Of a stretch of DNA of 64,000 nt, positions 39,715-49,749 are shown one piece after another. Numbering within the stretch: the first letter of the stretch is position 1; each line of letters starts with the position of its first letter. The stretch is from a bacterium. GTDB lineage: Bacteria > Cyanobacteriota > Vampirovibrionia > LMEP-6097. Below the pieces are notes generated by a model that was not told the origin of the DNA, searched no databases, and saw only the letters and a program-made list of their open reading frames with translations. A program made the position numbers and the translations under genes. The stretch is taken from assembly GCA_038146805.1 (NCBI GenBank), contig JAYQSH010000003.1, forward strand, positions 117,807 through 181,806, written 5' to 3'.

Positions 39715-39994
39715 CTTTATATAAGTTTAAAACAATTGATATTTCAGTCGTGGAATCAGTTGCATTTTAGGTTAAAACCACTAATACTAATACCTGATTT
39801 GTATTCAAGTAATGCCTTATAAACACTAGCTTTTGTGTTTTTTTTTAAAAAAAACTCATGTTCTTAACCCTTTGATAATTTTCAGATGCAACAAAGTATA
39901 TGTAGTTTGCTTAAGATATTTGAATTTATTTTTTAATTTAGATATTTGGCAGTAGTTCCTCAAGTTTTGAGGTTTTGAAAAAAAGGAGAAAAAC

Positions 39995-40447
39995 ATGGCA
40001 TCAGCAAATCCTACAATTAAATTAGCTGTGATTCGATCACAAATTGATAGACAACAACAAGTAATTAGTAAATTAGAATCAGAACTTCAACAAGCAATCT
40101 TAGGAGGAACTGGAGGAGTAAACAGTGCGAATCAAATTTTTGAAGAAACCTTTGGTGGGATCTTAACGCAAATAGATGATATCTATGGAAATGATGGGGT
40201 GCCTTATGATGGAGATGATCCTGCTGGAGAAGGTCAATATCAAAATGAACTTACCAGAGCGATCTATAGAGGTATTAGTTCTGATTGGTCAATGACTGAT
40301 GATGTTGAACAAGATGGTTTAAGACAACTACTTTATCAAGCAAGAGCACTTCTTGGTGAGCTTAGAGTAGAAGAACAACACTGGAACGGTGAAGTTAATG
40401 AAGAAAAAGGTAGAAGAAAAGATTTAGGCGATATGTCAAAAAGCTAA
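39995..40447 (+). CDS. small acidic helical protein, paralog of 16789..17067 with a central acidic insertion
   Basis: SD AAGGAGA. Shared blocks LQQAILGGTGGV and ARALLGELRVEEQHWNGEV. Confidence 0.6.
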   Translation: MASANPTIKLAVIRSQIDRQQQVISKLESELQQAILGGTGGVNSANQIFEETFGGILTQIDDIYGNDGVPYDGDDPAGEGQYQNELTRAIYRGISSDWSMTDDVEQDGLRQLLYQARALLGELRVEEQHWNGEVNEEKGRRKDLGDMSKS

Positions 40448-40468
40448 GAAGCCTTTAATTTTTATTTT

Positions 40469-40501
40469 AAAAAGCACAGAAATTTTTTCTGTGCTTTTTT
40501 T
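40469..40501. terminator. bidirectional rho-independent terminator
   Basis: AGCACAGAAA-TTT-TTTCTGTGCT flanked by an A-run and a T-run, between convergent genes. Confidence 0.65.
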
Positions 40502-41816
40502 ATAGCATTCCTTGATCACCAATATTACGAGCGTAAGTTTTAGAAGGCAATTGCAAAGCATCTGCAAGCTTGTAAGCTAAGATTTGTGCATCAACTAATG
40601 TTTCTGCAACTGCTGTTGCTCCAAAAATTTCAGCATAATTTTGTTTGAGGTTTTTTGTACCATAAAACATTAGCGGCATACCACTTAAAATTGTTTGGTA
40701 ATTTTCTAATTGATGATCAATACTTTCTAAAAGCTCTAGAGAATGAATTGGCGTAATGTAATCTTCTGTCTTATCACTACTTACAACATTTACAGCAAGC
40801 GCAGAACCCATAAATTTATGAAAACCATCTTTATAAAAGCTCAAATCTTCTTTTGCCGCAGCCATAAAAATTTCAAAAAGCTCTTCATCAAGCAAGGGTA
40901 AAATCACCTGAGCATCTGAATCTAACAGGTTTGTTCTATATTGTAATAATTTAGGTTTATTATTATCATTTGCATCTAAGACTAAATCAAAAGACAACAA
41001 ACCCGAGTAAGGTCTACCTAATTTGGCTAAAGCATTTATAGTTGGATCAATAATTTTATACCTTATCTCAGCCATTAAATCTTCACTCAATATTGGTGTA
41101 GGTGCAAAAGCACCCCTATCAAACAAATGACCATAATCATCATCTTCTCTATAGGATTGTACTGGTGGCAATGACAATGCTCGAGTGCCATCCGCGAGTG
41201 TATTAATAGTAATCTGATGTCCTTCTAAAATCTCTTCAATTACAATTAAAGGTTTTTCTTTTTCAAATACAGAAGGTGTAAGCATTTCTTCTACTGTCAT
41301 GAGTGCTTGTTCTAAATCATAAACAACAGTACTTGTCTCTTCTTTATTAAAGACTTTATCAAAACGAATACGAATAGGAAATTTAACCGTAGTCAAATAG
41401 GCATTTGCCAAATTTAAATTTTCAAAAAAAGCAGATCTTGCAGAGGGTATATCATTTTGCAGCATAAAGTTTTTTGCAAAATAATTTGAAAATTCTATTG
41501 TTGCTGCAGCTTTTGTCGGACCAAGAATAAATTTATTTGCTGCTTTGAATTTACTGACTATATCTTTTTCAAAAAGCTCAGACTCTCCAATAATAGTTAA
41601 GTCAATATTTCTAGCAATAGCAATTTCTAAAATTCGATCAGGGTCTTTGATATCAGCATCAATACAATCAACAATTTTTCTTAAAGCAAAATTACCCGGA
41701 CACGCATATATTTCAGGATCAGCAAAATTTTCTGATGAAAGAAATTTCCATACCAATGCATGTTCTTTTGCTCCCGAACCTATAATAAGAATTCTCACTA
41801 TCTCATTGTTACACAT
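40500..41816 (-). CDS. purD: phosphoribosylamine-glycine ligase (divergent)
   Basis: N-terminal RILIIGSGAKEHALVWKF, ATP-grasp layout, C-terminal YARNIGDQ. Confidence 0.7.
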   Translation of the reverse strand: MCNNEIVRILIIGSGAKEHALVWKFLSSENFADPEIYACPGNFALRKIVDCIDADIKDPDRILEIAIARNIDLTIIGESELFEKDIVSKFKAANKFILGPTKAAATIEFSNYFAKNFMLQNDIPSARSAFFENLNLANAYLTTVKFPIRIRFDKVFNKEETSTVVYDLEQALMTVEEMLTPSVFEKEKPLIVIEEILEGHQITINTLADGTRALSLPPVQSYREDDDYGHLFDRGAFAPTPILSEDLMAEIRYKIIDPTINALAKLGRPYSGLLSFDLVLDANDNNKPKLLQYRTNLLDSDAQVILPLLDEELFEIFMAAAKEDLSFYKDGFHKFMGSALAVNVVSSDKTEDYITPIHSLELLESIDHQLENYQTILSGMPLMFYGTKNLKQNYAEIFGATAVAETLVDAQILAYKLADALQLPSKTYARNIGDQGML

Positions 41817-41830
41817 ATATATTATTTTGT

Positions 41831-41937
41831 TGAGACACTGCGGACCGTGTTATTTTTGTCTCACTTGTTATCTAGCACTCCACGCTGGCTAACAAGATAA
41901 GAGGTGGGACAAAAATAACACGGTCCGCAGTGTCTCA
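41831..41937. repeat. 107-bp foldback (MITE-like) built from two inverted copies of the 33-bp repeat
   Basis: TGAGACACTGCGGACCGTGTTATTTTTGTCTCA (41831-41863) pairs with its reverse complement at 41905-41937 (32/33). The 41-bp spacer contains its own IR CTTGTTA/TAACAAG. Confidence 0.85.
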
Positions 41938-44900
41938 AAAAGCTCCTATAATAACTAAAGTGAAATACCTGAAAACTATTTGTTTTACAGCATTTTTTTT
42001 GAGCGGCTTAGCCTCAATAGTTTATGAACTTACATGGATTCGCCTGCTTAGAAACATTTTTGGCTCAGATAGTCTTGCTTTTAGTTCCTTACTTACAATC
42101 TTTATTGGCGGTATCGCGACAGGCACATTTTTGTCAGGAAAATTTATCAAAAAATTTTTTAGTCTACCCTCTCGAGCATCAGAAGCACTAATTTTTGCAA
42201 TCGACAAAGCAAAGAATTTCTTTTTTATTTTGATATATGGCTTAATTGAACTTTTAGTTGGTATCTATGCACTCATAACACCCTTATTATTAAGCGAAAA
42301 TACACTTGGCTCAACTTGGATATTCTTATCAAAAGTTTTAAATGACAATATCATTTTACTTAGCTTAAGCAAATTTTTAATTGCCGGTTTTGTCCTGATA
42401 TTACCCACACTATTACTCGGACTCAGTTATCCGATTTTAGTAGAACTTGTAACAAGCAACGAAAACAAAACAGACAACAAATACCGACTTGGCAGTAGCA
42501 ATCTTTATGCAACCAACACACTCGGATCTATTTTTGGATCAATAATTGGTGGCTTTTTATTAATCCCGCACTTTGGACTCAAAACAAGCATTCTCATTGC
42601 TACCTTAATAAATTTCTTTATTGGTTTTTTGATATTTGTTTTACACAAAACAAACATACAAATGTTTTCAAATTTTAAAATAAAAGAAGCAATAAACTTT
42701 TTAATTACAAATGCAAAAACTGTTAAATTAGAAAACCAAAACAAACTCAAAAAATCGTTTTCATTTTGGCTTTTAGTTAGCATTGGCGTAATCTTAGGCT
42801 TTAGTAACTTAGGGCTTGAGGTGATTTGGAACAAGATCTTTGCACTTATAATCGGTTCATCTGTATATTCAGCAACTATTGTTATTTCTGTAGTGCTTGC
42901 AGGAATTAGCTTTGGCGCTTATAGCCTTAATTACTTTAGCAAAAAAATCAAAAACGAAAATATCGATATTTTTTTATGTGCGATAATTTTTGCGTTTTCT
43001 CTTTTGATTTTTGCAAGTAGTTTTTTACTAAATGCATGCCCATGGTTTTTTGTGAAAGTACATAAAATTTTCACAGCACTTGCTCAAGACAATTCATGGA
43101 TCTTTACCAATATAACTAAATATCTAACAGTCAGTTTAATAATTTTCCCAGTAACATTTCTTGAAGGATTAGCTTATGCAATCGTTCTTTACAAAGCATC
43201 AGAAATCACAAAAGAAAAAAACGATCCTGTAGGCTCAAGAATCGCTGTGATTTCATACTGGAACACAATCGGTGCCATTTTAGGTTCTTTTAGTGCAGGC
43301 TTTATATTGATACCCTTCTTTTCACAATTTGGCAGTGGCATTACAAACTCTATAAGATTTATTCTTGCTCTTGCTTTTATCACCACAATTTTAAGTTTGA
43401 TTAGTACAGGCAAAACAAAGCTAAAACATCTGTTATTGCTAATAGCAATAGCTATCACAGCGATATATTGTGTACCAACATTAGCAAAAAACACTTTGAA
43501 TTCAGGAACGGAAATTTATAAAGCAACAAAATTTAAAGACATCTCAAAAAAAAAATTCCTAGATGAAAACGAAGAAATTCTTTTTTATAAAGAAGGTCTA
43601 AACAGTATAGTAACGGTAGTCAAAGACGATGCAGCAAATGCAATTTTTTTAAAAAACAATGGAAAAATCGAAGCTGGAATCCCACTGCGTCCTGAATACC
43701 CCTCAAAAGCAGATACAATTACCCAAGATCTACTAGGAATTTTGCCCATCTTATTAAAGCCTGATAGTAAAAATGCTTTAGTGGTTGGCATGGGCTCAGG
43801 TAAAACAGTTGCCAGTCTTGCTATCAGTGGCAAAGAAAACAATTTAGAAGAAATAACAGTTTGCGAAATAGAAAGGGAAATCTTCAATGCCTCAAAAGAA
43901 TTTTTCGTAAAAAGTTTTCCAATAAAAGTTAACAAAAAAAACATCGATGCTCGTAATTTTTTGAATACAACTAAAGAAAGTTTTGACTTAATCATCTCTC
44001 AGCCTTCTGACCCTTGGATATCAGGAGCTCTATTTACCAAAGAATTTTGGTACAAAGTCAAATCACGACTAAGCGCACAGGGTATTTTTCTGCAGTGGCT
44101 ACAATTATACTCATTAGATGAAGAACACCTTGAAATTGCGCTCAGAACTTTCATTGAGAGTTTTCCACAAAGCTATATTTTCAGACCACCATTTTCAGCA
44201 GAACTTATTTTGGTAGGAACTGACAATCTGAATTTTTTCAACATCAATAAAACAGAAGAAAATATTTTCAAAAAAGATACATATAATGCTTTGTCACACA
44301 TTGGTATCAATGACAGTGCTGACCTTTTTGCAAATCTTGTTTTAACACCAAAAGATTTAAATGCACTTAAAAACAAAGCTGGGATTAACACAGACGACAA
44401 TATGTCTTTAGAGTTACATACATCAAAAAACATCGACAATTTTTTTGAAAGTATCAAAACAAATAATCAATACCTAAAAAAATTAGCCCAGCCAAATAAT
44501 TTATACAACTTTTTCAGCTCAATAGATGAAATAAATTTTTTAACCAAACTCAGTGTTGCTCATAACAAATTCCACAAAAAGAACAATCAAGAGATTTCCT
44601 CTTTCATCATCAACAAAATACATCAAGAAAACCCAAGCCCCATGAGCTTTCTAGCCCTTTATGAAATTTACAAATCTGATAATGAATTTGAAAAAGCAGA
44701 CTCAATAATTTATGAAGCTGCGAAAACTTATTCTGATTCCATCTCAAAAATCAATAACCAAACTTTTATTTTCAAAAACTTACATAACAATTTCCATTCT
44801 GATTTTGATCAAACTCTAGCAATGTATAAAATCTTTTTAAACGCACAAGACCGTGAAAACGCGAGCAAAGCCGAGCTTTTATTAAGAAAACAACTTGTAG

Positions 44901-45535
44901 AAAAAAAGAAAGAGTTGCGCAAAATTTATCTTGCGGAAATTTTTTACGAAAAAGCAAAATCAAACTTTGCCAACCTTACAGCAAACCCTGATTACAAAAC
45001 ACTTGAAGAAGTTTTAGAAGATTTAAAAAGAGCTCGCAAAAACAACCCTCAAAATTATTTATACCTTAAAGAACAAGCAAAAGTTTATTTATACAAAGCA
45101 AAATTATCACCGAATGATGCTGACAAATATAAAGATGATGCATTAAATTTTCTAGAAGCGGCAAACAAAATTTATGCATTAGATTATGAAACCCATGAAA
45201 TGCTGGCAGATATATACTATGAAACCCTACCAAAATCAGAGATTAAATTCATCAGTAAAAGTTCAGATAGTGATTTTGAAAATAAATTACAAAAAACCAT
45301 CAACTTTCTAAAAAACACTTTAGACTTAAATCAAAATTCAATTAAAGCTAATTATTATATGGCTGATATCCAATACAAAATGGGCAACCTCAAACTATGT
45401 ATCAAACATTTGGATAAACTCACAAAAATTTGTGAAGATCAAAACCTTTGTCTGAGTGAATTAAACAACGACAATAAACTTGCCTATGAAACTCTAAACA
45501 GTAAAATCAATAACCTAACTAATTTTGCAAAATAG
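41930..45535 (+). CDS. fused polytopic membrane / spermidine-synthase-like / TPR-like protein (1201 aa; GTG start at 41930 or 41960)
   Basis: N-terminal FFLSGLASIVYELTWIRLL and more than 10 TM helices. SpeE-like core VVGMGSGKT...IISQPSDPW. Helical-repeat C-terminus. Confidence 0.7.
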   Translation: MSQKAPIITKVKYLKTICFTAFFLSGLASIVYELTWIRLLRNIFGSDSLAFSSLLTIFIGGIATGTFLSGKFIKKFFSLPSRASEALIFAIDKAKNFFFILIYGLIELLVGIYALITPLLLSENTLGSTWIFLSKVLNDNIILLSLSKFLIAGFVLILPTLLLGLSYPILVELVTSNENKTDNKYRLGSSNLYATNTLGSIFGSIIGGFLLIPHFGLKTSILIATLINFFIGFLIFVLHKTNIQMFSNFKIKEAINFLITNAKTVKLENQNKLKKSFSFWLLVSIGVILGFSNLGLEVIWNKIFALIIGSSVYSATIVISVVLAGISFGAYSLNYFSKKIKNENIDIFLCAIIFAFSLLIFASSFLLNACPWFFVKVHKIFTALAQDNSWIFTNITKYLTVSLIIFPVTFLEGLAYAIVLYKASEITKEKNDPVGSRIAVISYWNTIGAILGSFSAGFILIPFFSQFGSGITNSIRFILALAFITTILSLISTGKTKLKHLLLLIAIAITAIYCVPTLAKNTLNSGTEIYKATKFKDISKKKFLDENEEILFYKEGLNSIVTVVKDDAANAIFLKNNGKIEAGIPLRPEYPSKADTITQDLLGILPILLKPDSKNALVVGMGSGKTVASLAISGKENNLEEITVCEIEREIFNASKEFFVKSFPIKVNKKNIDARNFLNTTKESFDLIISQPSDPWISGALFTKEFWYKVKSRLSAQGIFLQWLQLYSLDEEHLEIALRTFIESFPQSYIFRPPFSAELILVGTDNLNFFNINKTEENIFKKDTYNALSHIGINDSADLFANLVLTPKDLNALKNKAGINTDDNMSLELHTSKNIDNFFESIKTNNQYLKKLAQPNNLYNFFSSIDEINFLTKLSVAHNKFHKKNNQEISSFIINKIHQENPSPMSFLALYEIYKSDNEFEKADSIIYEAAKTYSDSISKINNQTFIFKNLHNNFHSDFDQTLAMYKIFLNAQDRENASKAELLLRKQLVEKKKELRKIYLAEIFYEKAKSNFANLTANPDYKTLEEVLEDLKRARKNNPQNYLYLKEQAKVYLYKAKLSPNDADKYKDDALNFLEAANKIYALDYETHEMLADIYYETLPKSEIKFISKSSDSDFENKLQKTINFLKNTLDLNQNSIKANYYMADIQYKMGNLKLCIKHLDKLTKICEDQNLCLSELNNDNKLAYETLNSKINNLTNFAK

Positions 45536-45565
45536 ATTTTTCTTTGTGCCAGGAACCCAGAGCAA

Positions 45566-48304
45566 CTATGCTGTCTTATTGCCAGCTGGCTCTTTAGCAC
45601 CGCCACCACCAGCACCAGATGCATCACCCGAACTCGGTAAAGTCAAAACTTTTTTCTTGCTTTTTATTGTAGATTTTTTCAACTCTTCTTGTTCTTCTTC
45701 AGAATAAGAACCAATGACTCTAAATTTCACTTTTGCTTTAATCAAAGCTTGGCGTTTATCAGCATCTTTTGTTTCTTGAGAAACTTCTTTTTTGTCTTTT
45801 TCTTTTGAATAATCTTTTTCTTTTGGAAACTCAGGATCAAACTCGATGTAAGCCTCAACTTTATCACCAGCTTTTAATCTTTCATGAATCAATTCATCAG
45901 AAATCTCATCTTCTAAAAGCTTTTGAATACTACGTTTCATAGGACGAGCACCAAATTGTTTTTTGTAGCCATCTACAGAAACTTTGTCTTTAACTTCATC
46001 AGTTAAAGCAATAGTCATTCCATGTTCTTTTAATCGTTTTTCAAGATCTTTGATCATGATATCTACAATTCTTCTCATATCATCACGATTCAAGTGTCTA
46101 AAGATCACAATATCATCAAGCCTATTCATGAACTCAGGCTTAAAGACTCTCTTCATTTCATCTAAGACCATGTCTTTCATTCTGTTATAACTATCTTCTT
46201 CTGCTTTTTTCTCAGTTGTAGCAAAGAAACCAACACCAGTATCTCCAAGCATTTTTTGAGCACCAACGTTAGAAGTCATAATAATGATGGTATTTTTAAA
46301 ACTTACCTGACGACCACGACTATCAGTCAAGTGACCATCATCAAGCATTTGCAACATAATGTTAAACACATCAGGGTGAGCTTTTTCGATCTCGTCAAAT
46401 AGTACAACGCTATAAGGCTTACGACGCACAGCTTCTGTTAATTGACCGCCATCACCGTAACCAACATAGCCCGGCGGCGAACCTATCAACTTAGAAACAG
46501 TATGTTTTTCCATGTACTCAGACATATCAACTCTAATTAAATTTTCAGCACTGCCAAAGAAATAATCAGCTAAAACTTTCGCTAACTCTGTTTTACCAAC
46601 ACCTGTTGGTCCACAAAAAATGAAACTTCCAATTGGACGTTCTGGATTTTTCAAACCAGCACGCGCTCTACGAATAGCTTTTGATACAGCAGTTACAGCA
46701 GGATCTTGCCCGATAACTCTACCTTGCAAAATATCTTCCATGGTTTTTAGTTTTTCAGTTTCGCCCTGTTTTAAATCACCAACAGGAATACCAGTCCAAC
46801 TTGAAACAATAAAAGCAATCTCTTCTTCTTCTACTTTTGGCTTATTTTTTTCTTGTTCTTTTTTCCATTCTTCTTGAATCTCACGAATTTTATCTCTTAA
46901 CTCATTCTCATCATCACGAAGTTGAGAAGCTTTTTCAAACTCTTGATTTCTTATTGCCTCTTCTTTAGACCTCGAAATTTTTATCAAATCTACTTCTAGC
47001 TCTTTACCCTCTGGTGGCAAAGTAGAAGCTCTAAGTCTTACTCTTGATGAAGCTTCATCAATTAAATCAATTGCTTTATCTGGCAAATATCTATCAAAAA
47101 TATATCTATCAGACAAAGTCGCAGCAGCTTCAATCGCTTTATCAGTAATTATCAACCTATGATGATCTTCGTACTTTTGTCTTAAACCTCTTATAATATC
47201 AATCGTTTCTTCAACAGATGGAGAGCTGACAACAACAGGTTGAAATCTTCTTTCAAGTGCGGCATCTCTTTCAATATGCTTTCTGTATTCTTCAAGGGTA
47301 GTCGTTCCAATACACTGAAGCTCACCACGCGCTAATGCCGGCTTTAAAATATTTGCTGCATCAATAGCACCTTCAGCAGCACCAGCACCAATCAAAGTAT
47401 GCAATTCATCAATCACAAGCATAATATTGCCAGCGCTACGAATTTCATCCATTATTTTTTTAAGTCTTTCTTCAAACTCACCACGGTACTTTGTACCAGC
47501 AACAAGCAAACCTAAATCAAGCATTATAAGTTTTTTGCCTTCCAAGATTTCTGGCACATCTTGAGAAACAATTCTTTGTGCCAAACCTTCTGCCACAGCT
47601 GTTTTACCAACGCCGGGCTCACCAATTAAAACTGGATTATTTTTTGTACGACGTCCTAAAATTTGTACAACTCTTTCAATCTCTTCACTTCTACCAATTA
47701 CAGGATCAAGTCTACCTTCTGCTGCTGCTAAAGTAAGGTCTGTTCCAAACTCATCCAAAGTAGGAGTTCTTGTTCTACCACCTTGCGAACTTGATGACTT
47801 AGAAGAGCTTACACCAAGCAAAGAGCTAGAACCACTTGCAGCACTTGCTGTTCCTGTAGATGTTGAACTACTTTCACCTAGTAACCTTATAATGTGTTGG
47901 CGAACTTTTGATAAATCAACTCCAAGATTGTCTAAGACTCTCGCTGCAACACCCTCGCCTTCACGAATTAAACCAAGTAATAAATGTTCAGTACCAATAT
48001 AATTGTGTCCAAATTGTCTAGCTTCATCCCAGCTTAATTCTAAAACCCTCTTGGCACGCGGGGTAAAAGGGATTTCAACTGCAACAAAACCTGAACCGCG
48101 ACCAATAATTTTTTCAACTTCTACACGAGCATCTTTTAAATTTACTCCCATAGATTTTAATGTCTTTGCGGCAACACCAGTACCTTCGCCGATTAAGCCC
48201 AGTAAAATTTGCTCCGTGCCGACAAAATTATGACCAAGTCTTCTAGCCTCTTCTTGGGCTAGCATAATTACTTTTATTGCTTTTTCTGTAAATCTTTCAA
48301 ACAT
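45566..48304 (-). CDS. clpC: ATP-dependent Clp chaperone ClpC with a Ser-rich linker and a C-terminal extension
   Basis: Double Clp_N repeat, two AAA+ modules ([18 protein letters not shown]), UVR-like [11 protein letters not shown]. Confidence 0.9.
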   Translation of the reverse strand: MFERFTEKAIKVIMLAQEEARRLGHNFVGTEQILLGLIGEGTGVAAKTLKSMGVNLKDARVEVEKIIGRGSGFVAVEIPFTPRAKRVLELSWDEARQFGHNYIGTEHLLLGLIREGEGVAARVLDNLGVDLSKVRQHIIRLLGESSSTSTGTASAASGSSSLLGVSSSKSSSSQGGRTRTPTLDEFGTDLTLAAAEGRLDPVIGRSEEIERVVQILGRRTKNNPVLIGEPGVGKTAVAEGLAQRIVSQDVPEILEGKKLIMLDLGLLVAGTKYRGEFEERLKKIMDEIRSAGNIMLVIDELHTLIGAGAAEGAIDAANILKPALARGELQCIGTTTLEEYRKHIERDAALERRFQPVVVSSPSVEETIDIIRGLRQKYEDHHRLIITDKAIEAAATLSDRYIFDRYLPDKAIDLIDEASSRVRLRASTLPPEGKELEVDLIKISRSKEEAIRNQEFEKASQLRDDENELRDKIREIQEEWKKEQEKNKPKVEEEEIAFIVSSWTGIPVGDLKQGETEKLKTMEDILQGRVIGQDPAVTAVSKAIRRARAGLKNPERPIGSFIFCGPTGVGKTELAKVLADYFFGSAENLIRVDMSEYMEKHTVSKLIGSPPGYVGYGDGGQLTEAVRRKPYSVVLFDEIEKAHPDVFNIMLQMLDDGHLTDSRGRQVSFKNTIIIMTSNVGAQKMLGDTGVGFFATTEKKAEEDSYNRMKDMVLDEMKRVFKPEFMNRLDDIVIFRHLNRDDMRRIVDIMIKDLEKRLKEHGMTIALTDEVKDKVSVDGYKKQFGARPMKRSIQKLLEDEISDELIHERLKAGDKVEAYIEFDPEFPKEKDYSKEKDKKEVSQETKDADKRQALIKAKVKFRVIGSYSEEEQEELKKSTIKSKKKVLTLPSSGDASGAGGGGAKEPAGNKTA

Positions 48305-48387
48305 GAGTTGTTACCATTTAATTATATATATAATTGTATTATTCACTATTTATAATTAATTTAAACTGTTATTAAATATTTTTGAAA

Positions 48388-48452
48388 TAAAAAAAAACTT
48401 ATCAGCCTACTCCAGATAAGAAAACGTCCAACTCTTTTGGAGATGGACGTTT
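48388..48452 (-). terminator. tandem rho-independent terminators after the LuxR-type gene
   Basis: On the minus strand: AAACGTCCA...TGGACGTTT followed by TTTTCTT, then CTTATC...GATAAG followed by a T10 run. Confidence 0.6.
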
Positions 48453-48564
48453 GTAGTTTGAGTTGTTTGGGGGGGAGAGAAGTTTTTATCAAAAACAATT
48501 CAGTTACGAGACCCACAGTTGTAATTAAAAGAACTGCTTTTAATAGATAACTTTATCAACAAGT

Positions 48565-49284
48565 CTAGGCAACAGATGAGTTACTGTTAGACATAGTTGC
48601 TGACATCAAACTTTCAAGATCATGTCTTAGTGCATATAAGACAGCTTGAGTTCTATCATTTACTTTTAATTTAGTAAACACGTTATTAATGTGAGTTTTA
48701 ACTGTTGACTCAGAGATAAATAATTTTTGAGCAACTTTTTTGTAGTTTAAACCTTCACATAAAAACTTTAATACTTCAGCTTCTCTTTCAGTTAAAAGCT
48801 CTAAGTTACCATAGTTAGCATTTGAGCTTGTAAGTAAAGATTGCTTCTCTTTGATAATGTTTCTAAGAGTATTATTTACTGAATAATCTACAAACAATTG
48901 ATTTGCTTCAGCGGCTTCGATAGCAAGCGATAAAGTTCTATCTGATCTTTCGCTAACTAACCAAGCTGCAATATTTTCTGCAACATAGATGTTAAGTAAT
49001 TCATCTTCAGTAATAGACTTAGAAATGAAAATAATTTTTGTATCTGGTGAAACACTTTTAATTTCAGCAAACACTTCACCGATTGCTTTTCTACCAGGTA
49101 ATTCACTTGTAATAATTGTGATGCTAGGTCTTCTAGTTTGTACTGTTTGAATTAAAGCTTCTTGGTAATCTACACGTTCTATTCTAGTGTAGCCAGCAAG
49201 ATTTAATTCCTTTGTGATTTGTACAGTTGACTGTACAGGACTCAAAGCAATAATTGCTTCTCGTGTTGTTTTCATTTGTGACAT
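48565..49284 (-). CDS. LuxR/NarL-family regulator with an atypical receiver-like domain
   Basis: C-terminal HTH LTEREAEVLKFLCEGLNYKKVAQKLFISESTVKTHINNVFTKL. The receiver-like N-half lacks the acidic pocket. SD AAGGAG. Confidence 0.75.
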   Translation of the reverse strand: MSQMKTTREAIIALSPVQSTVQITKELNLAGYTRIERVDYQEALIQTVQTRRPSITIITSELPGRKAIGEVFAEIKSVSPDTKIIFISKSITEDELLNIYVAENIAAWLVSERSDRTLSLAIEAAEANQLFVDYSVNNTLRNIIKEKQSLLTSSNANYGNLELLTEREAEVLKFLCEGLNYKKVAQKLFISESTVKTHINNVFTKLKVNDRTQAVLYALRHDLESLMSATMSNSNSSVA

Positions 49285-49749
49285 GAGCGGGGGTCTCCTT
49301 AAGATTTTTACGGGTCTTATTGATACACATTTATTTAATTTAAAAATAAAGGCATCAACTTAAAGCGCGGGTACGCTTTTGTGATTAATGTGGGAACATT
49401 GATCACTCTTAAGATATAGACACAAAAACGCAGTTAAATAGAGGGGAAACCCACGAAAAAGATTTATTTTTTTTCACTATCAGTATATATCGGCAATTTT
49501 CTTGGTTTCTTGAGTTAAATTTTATTAATTTTTGAAACTTTTTTCTAGAGGTTTTATTTTTTTTAGGTTTTTATACTTGGTCACTATAAATTAAACCAAA
49601 AGTACCAAAACAAGTCAATGCATTTCACTCATTAGTTTTCAAAAGCTTTTGCATTCATAGCTTTGATAAAAATGATAGGAATCTTAAAACTATGGCAATA
49701 ATAAACAGAGAAACAAATCTGCCAATGATAAAATTTTAGAGTATTAACA

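Noticed and set aside
41545-41892. 115-aa plus-strand ORF
   Set aside because: It is antisense to the purD 5' end and runs into the foldback repeat, so it is spurious.
49285-49749. Possible sRNA or riboswitch in the 465-bp region between the LuxR-type gene and ftsH
   Set aside because: Only short AT-rich hairpins are present (for example AAAGCG-CGGGTA-CGCTTT). No match to any RNA family consensus can be recognised by eye.
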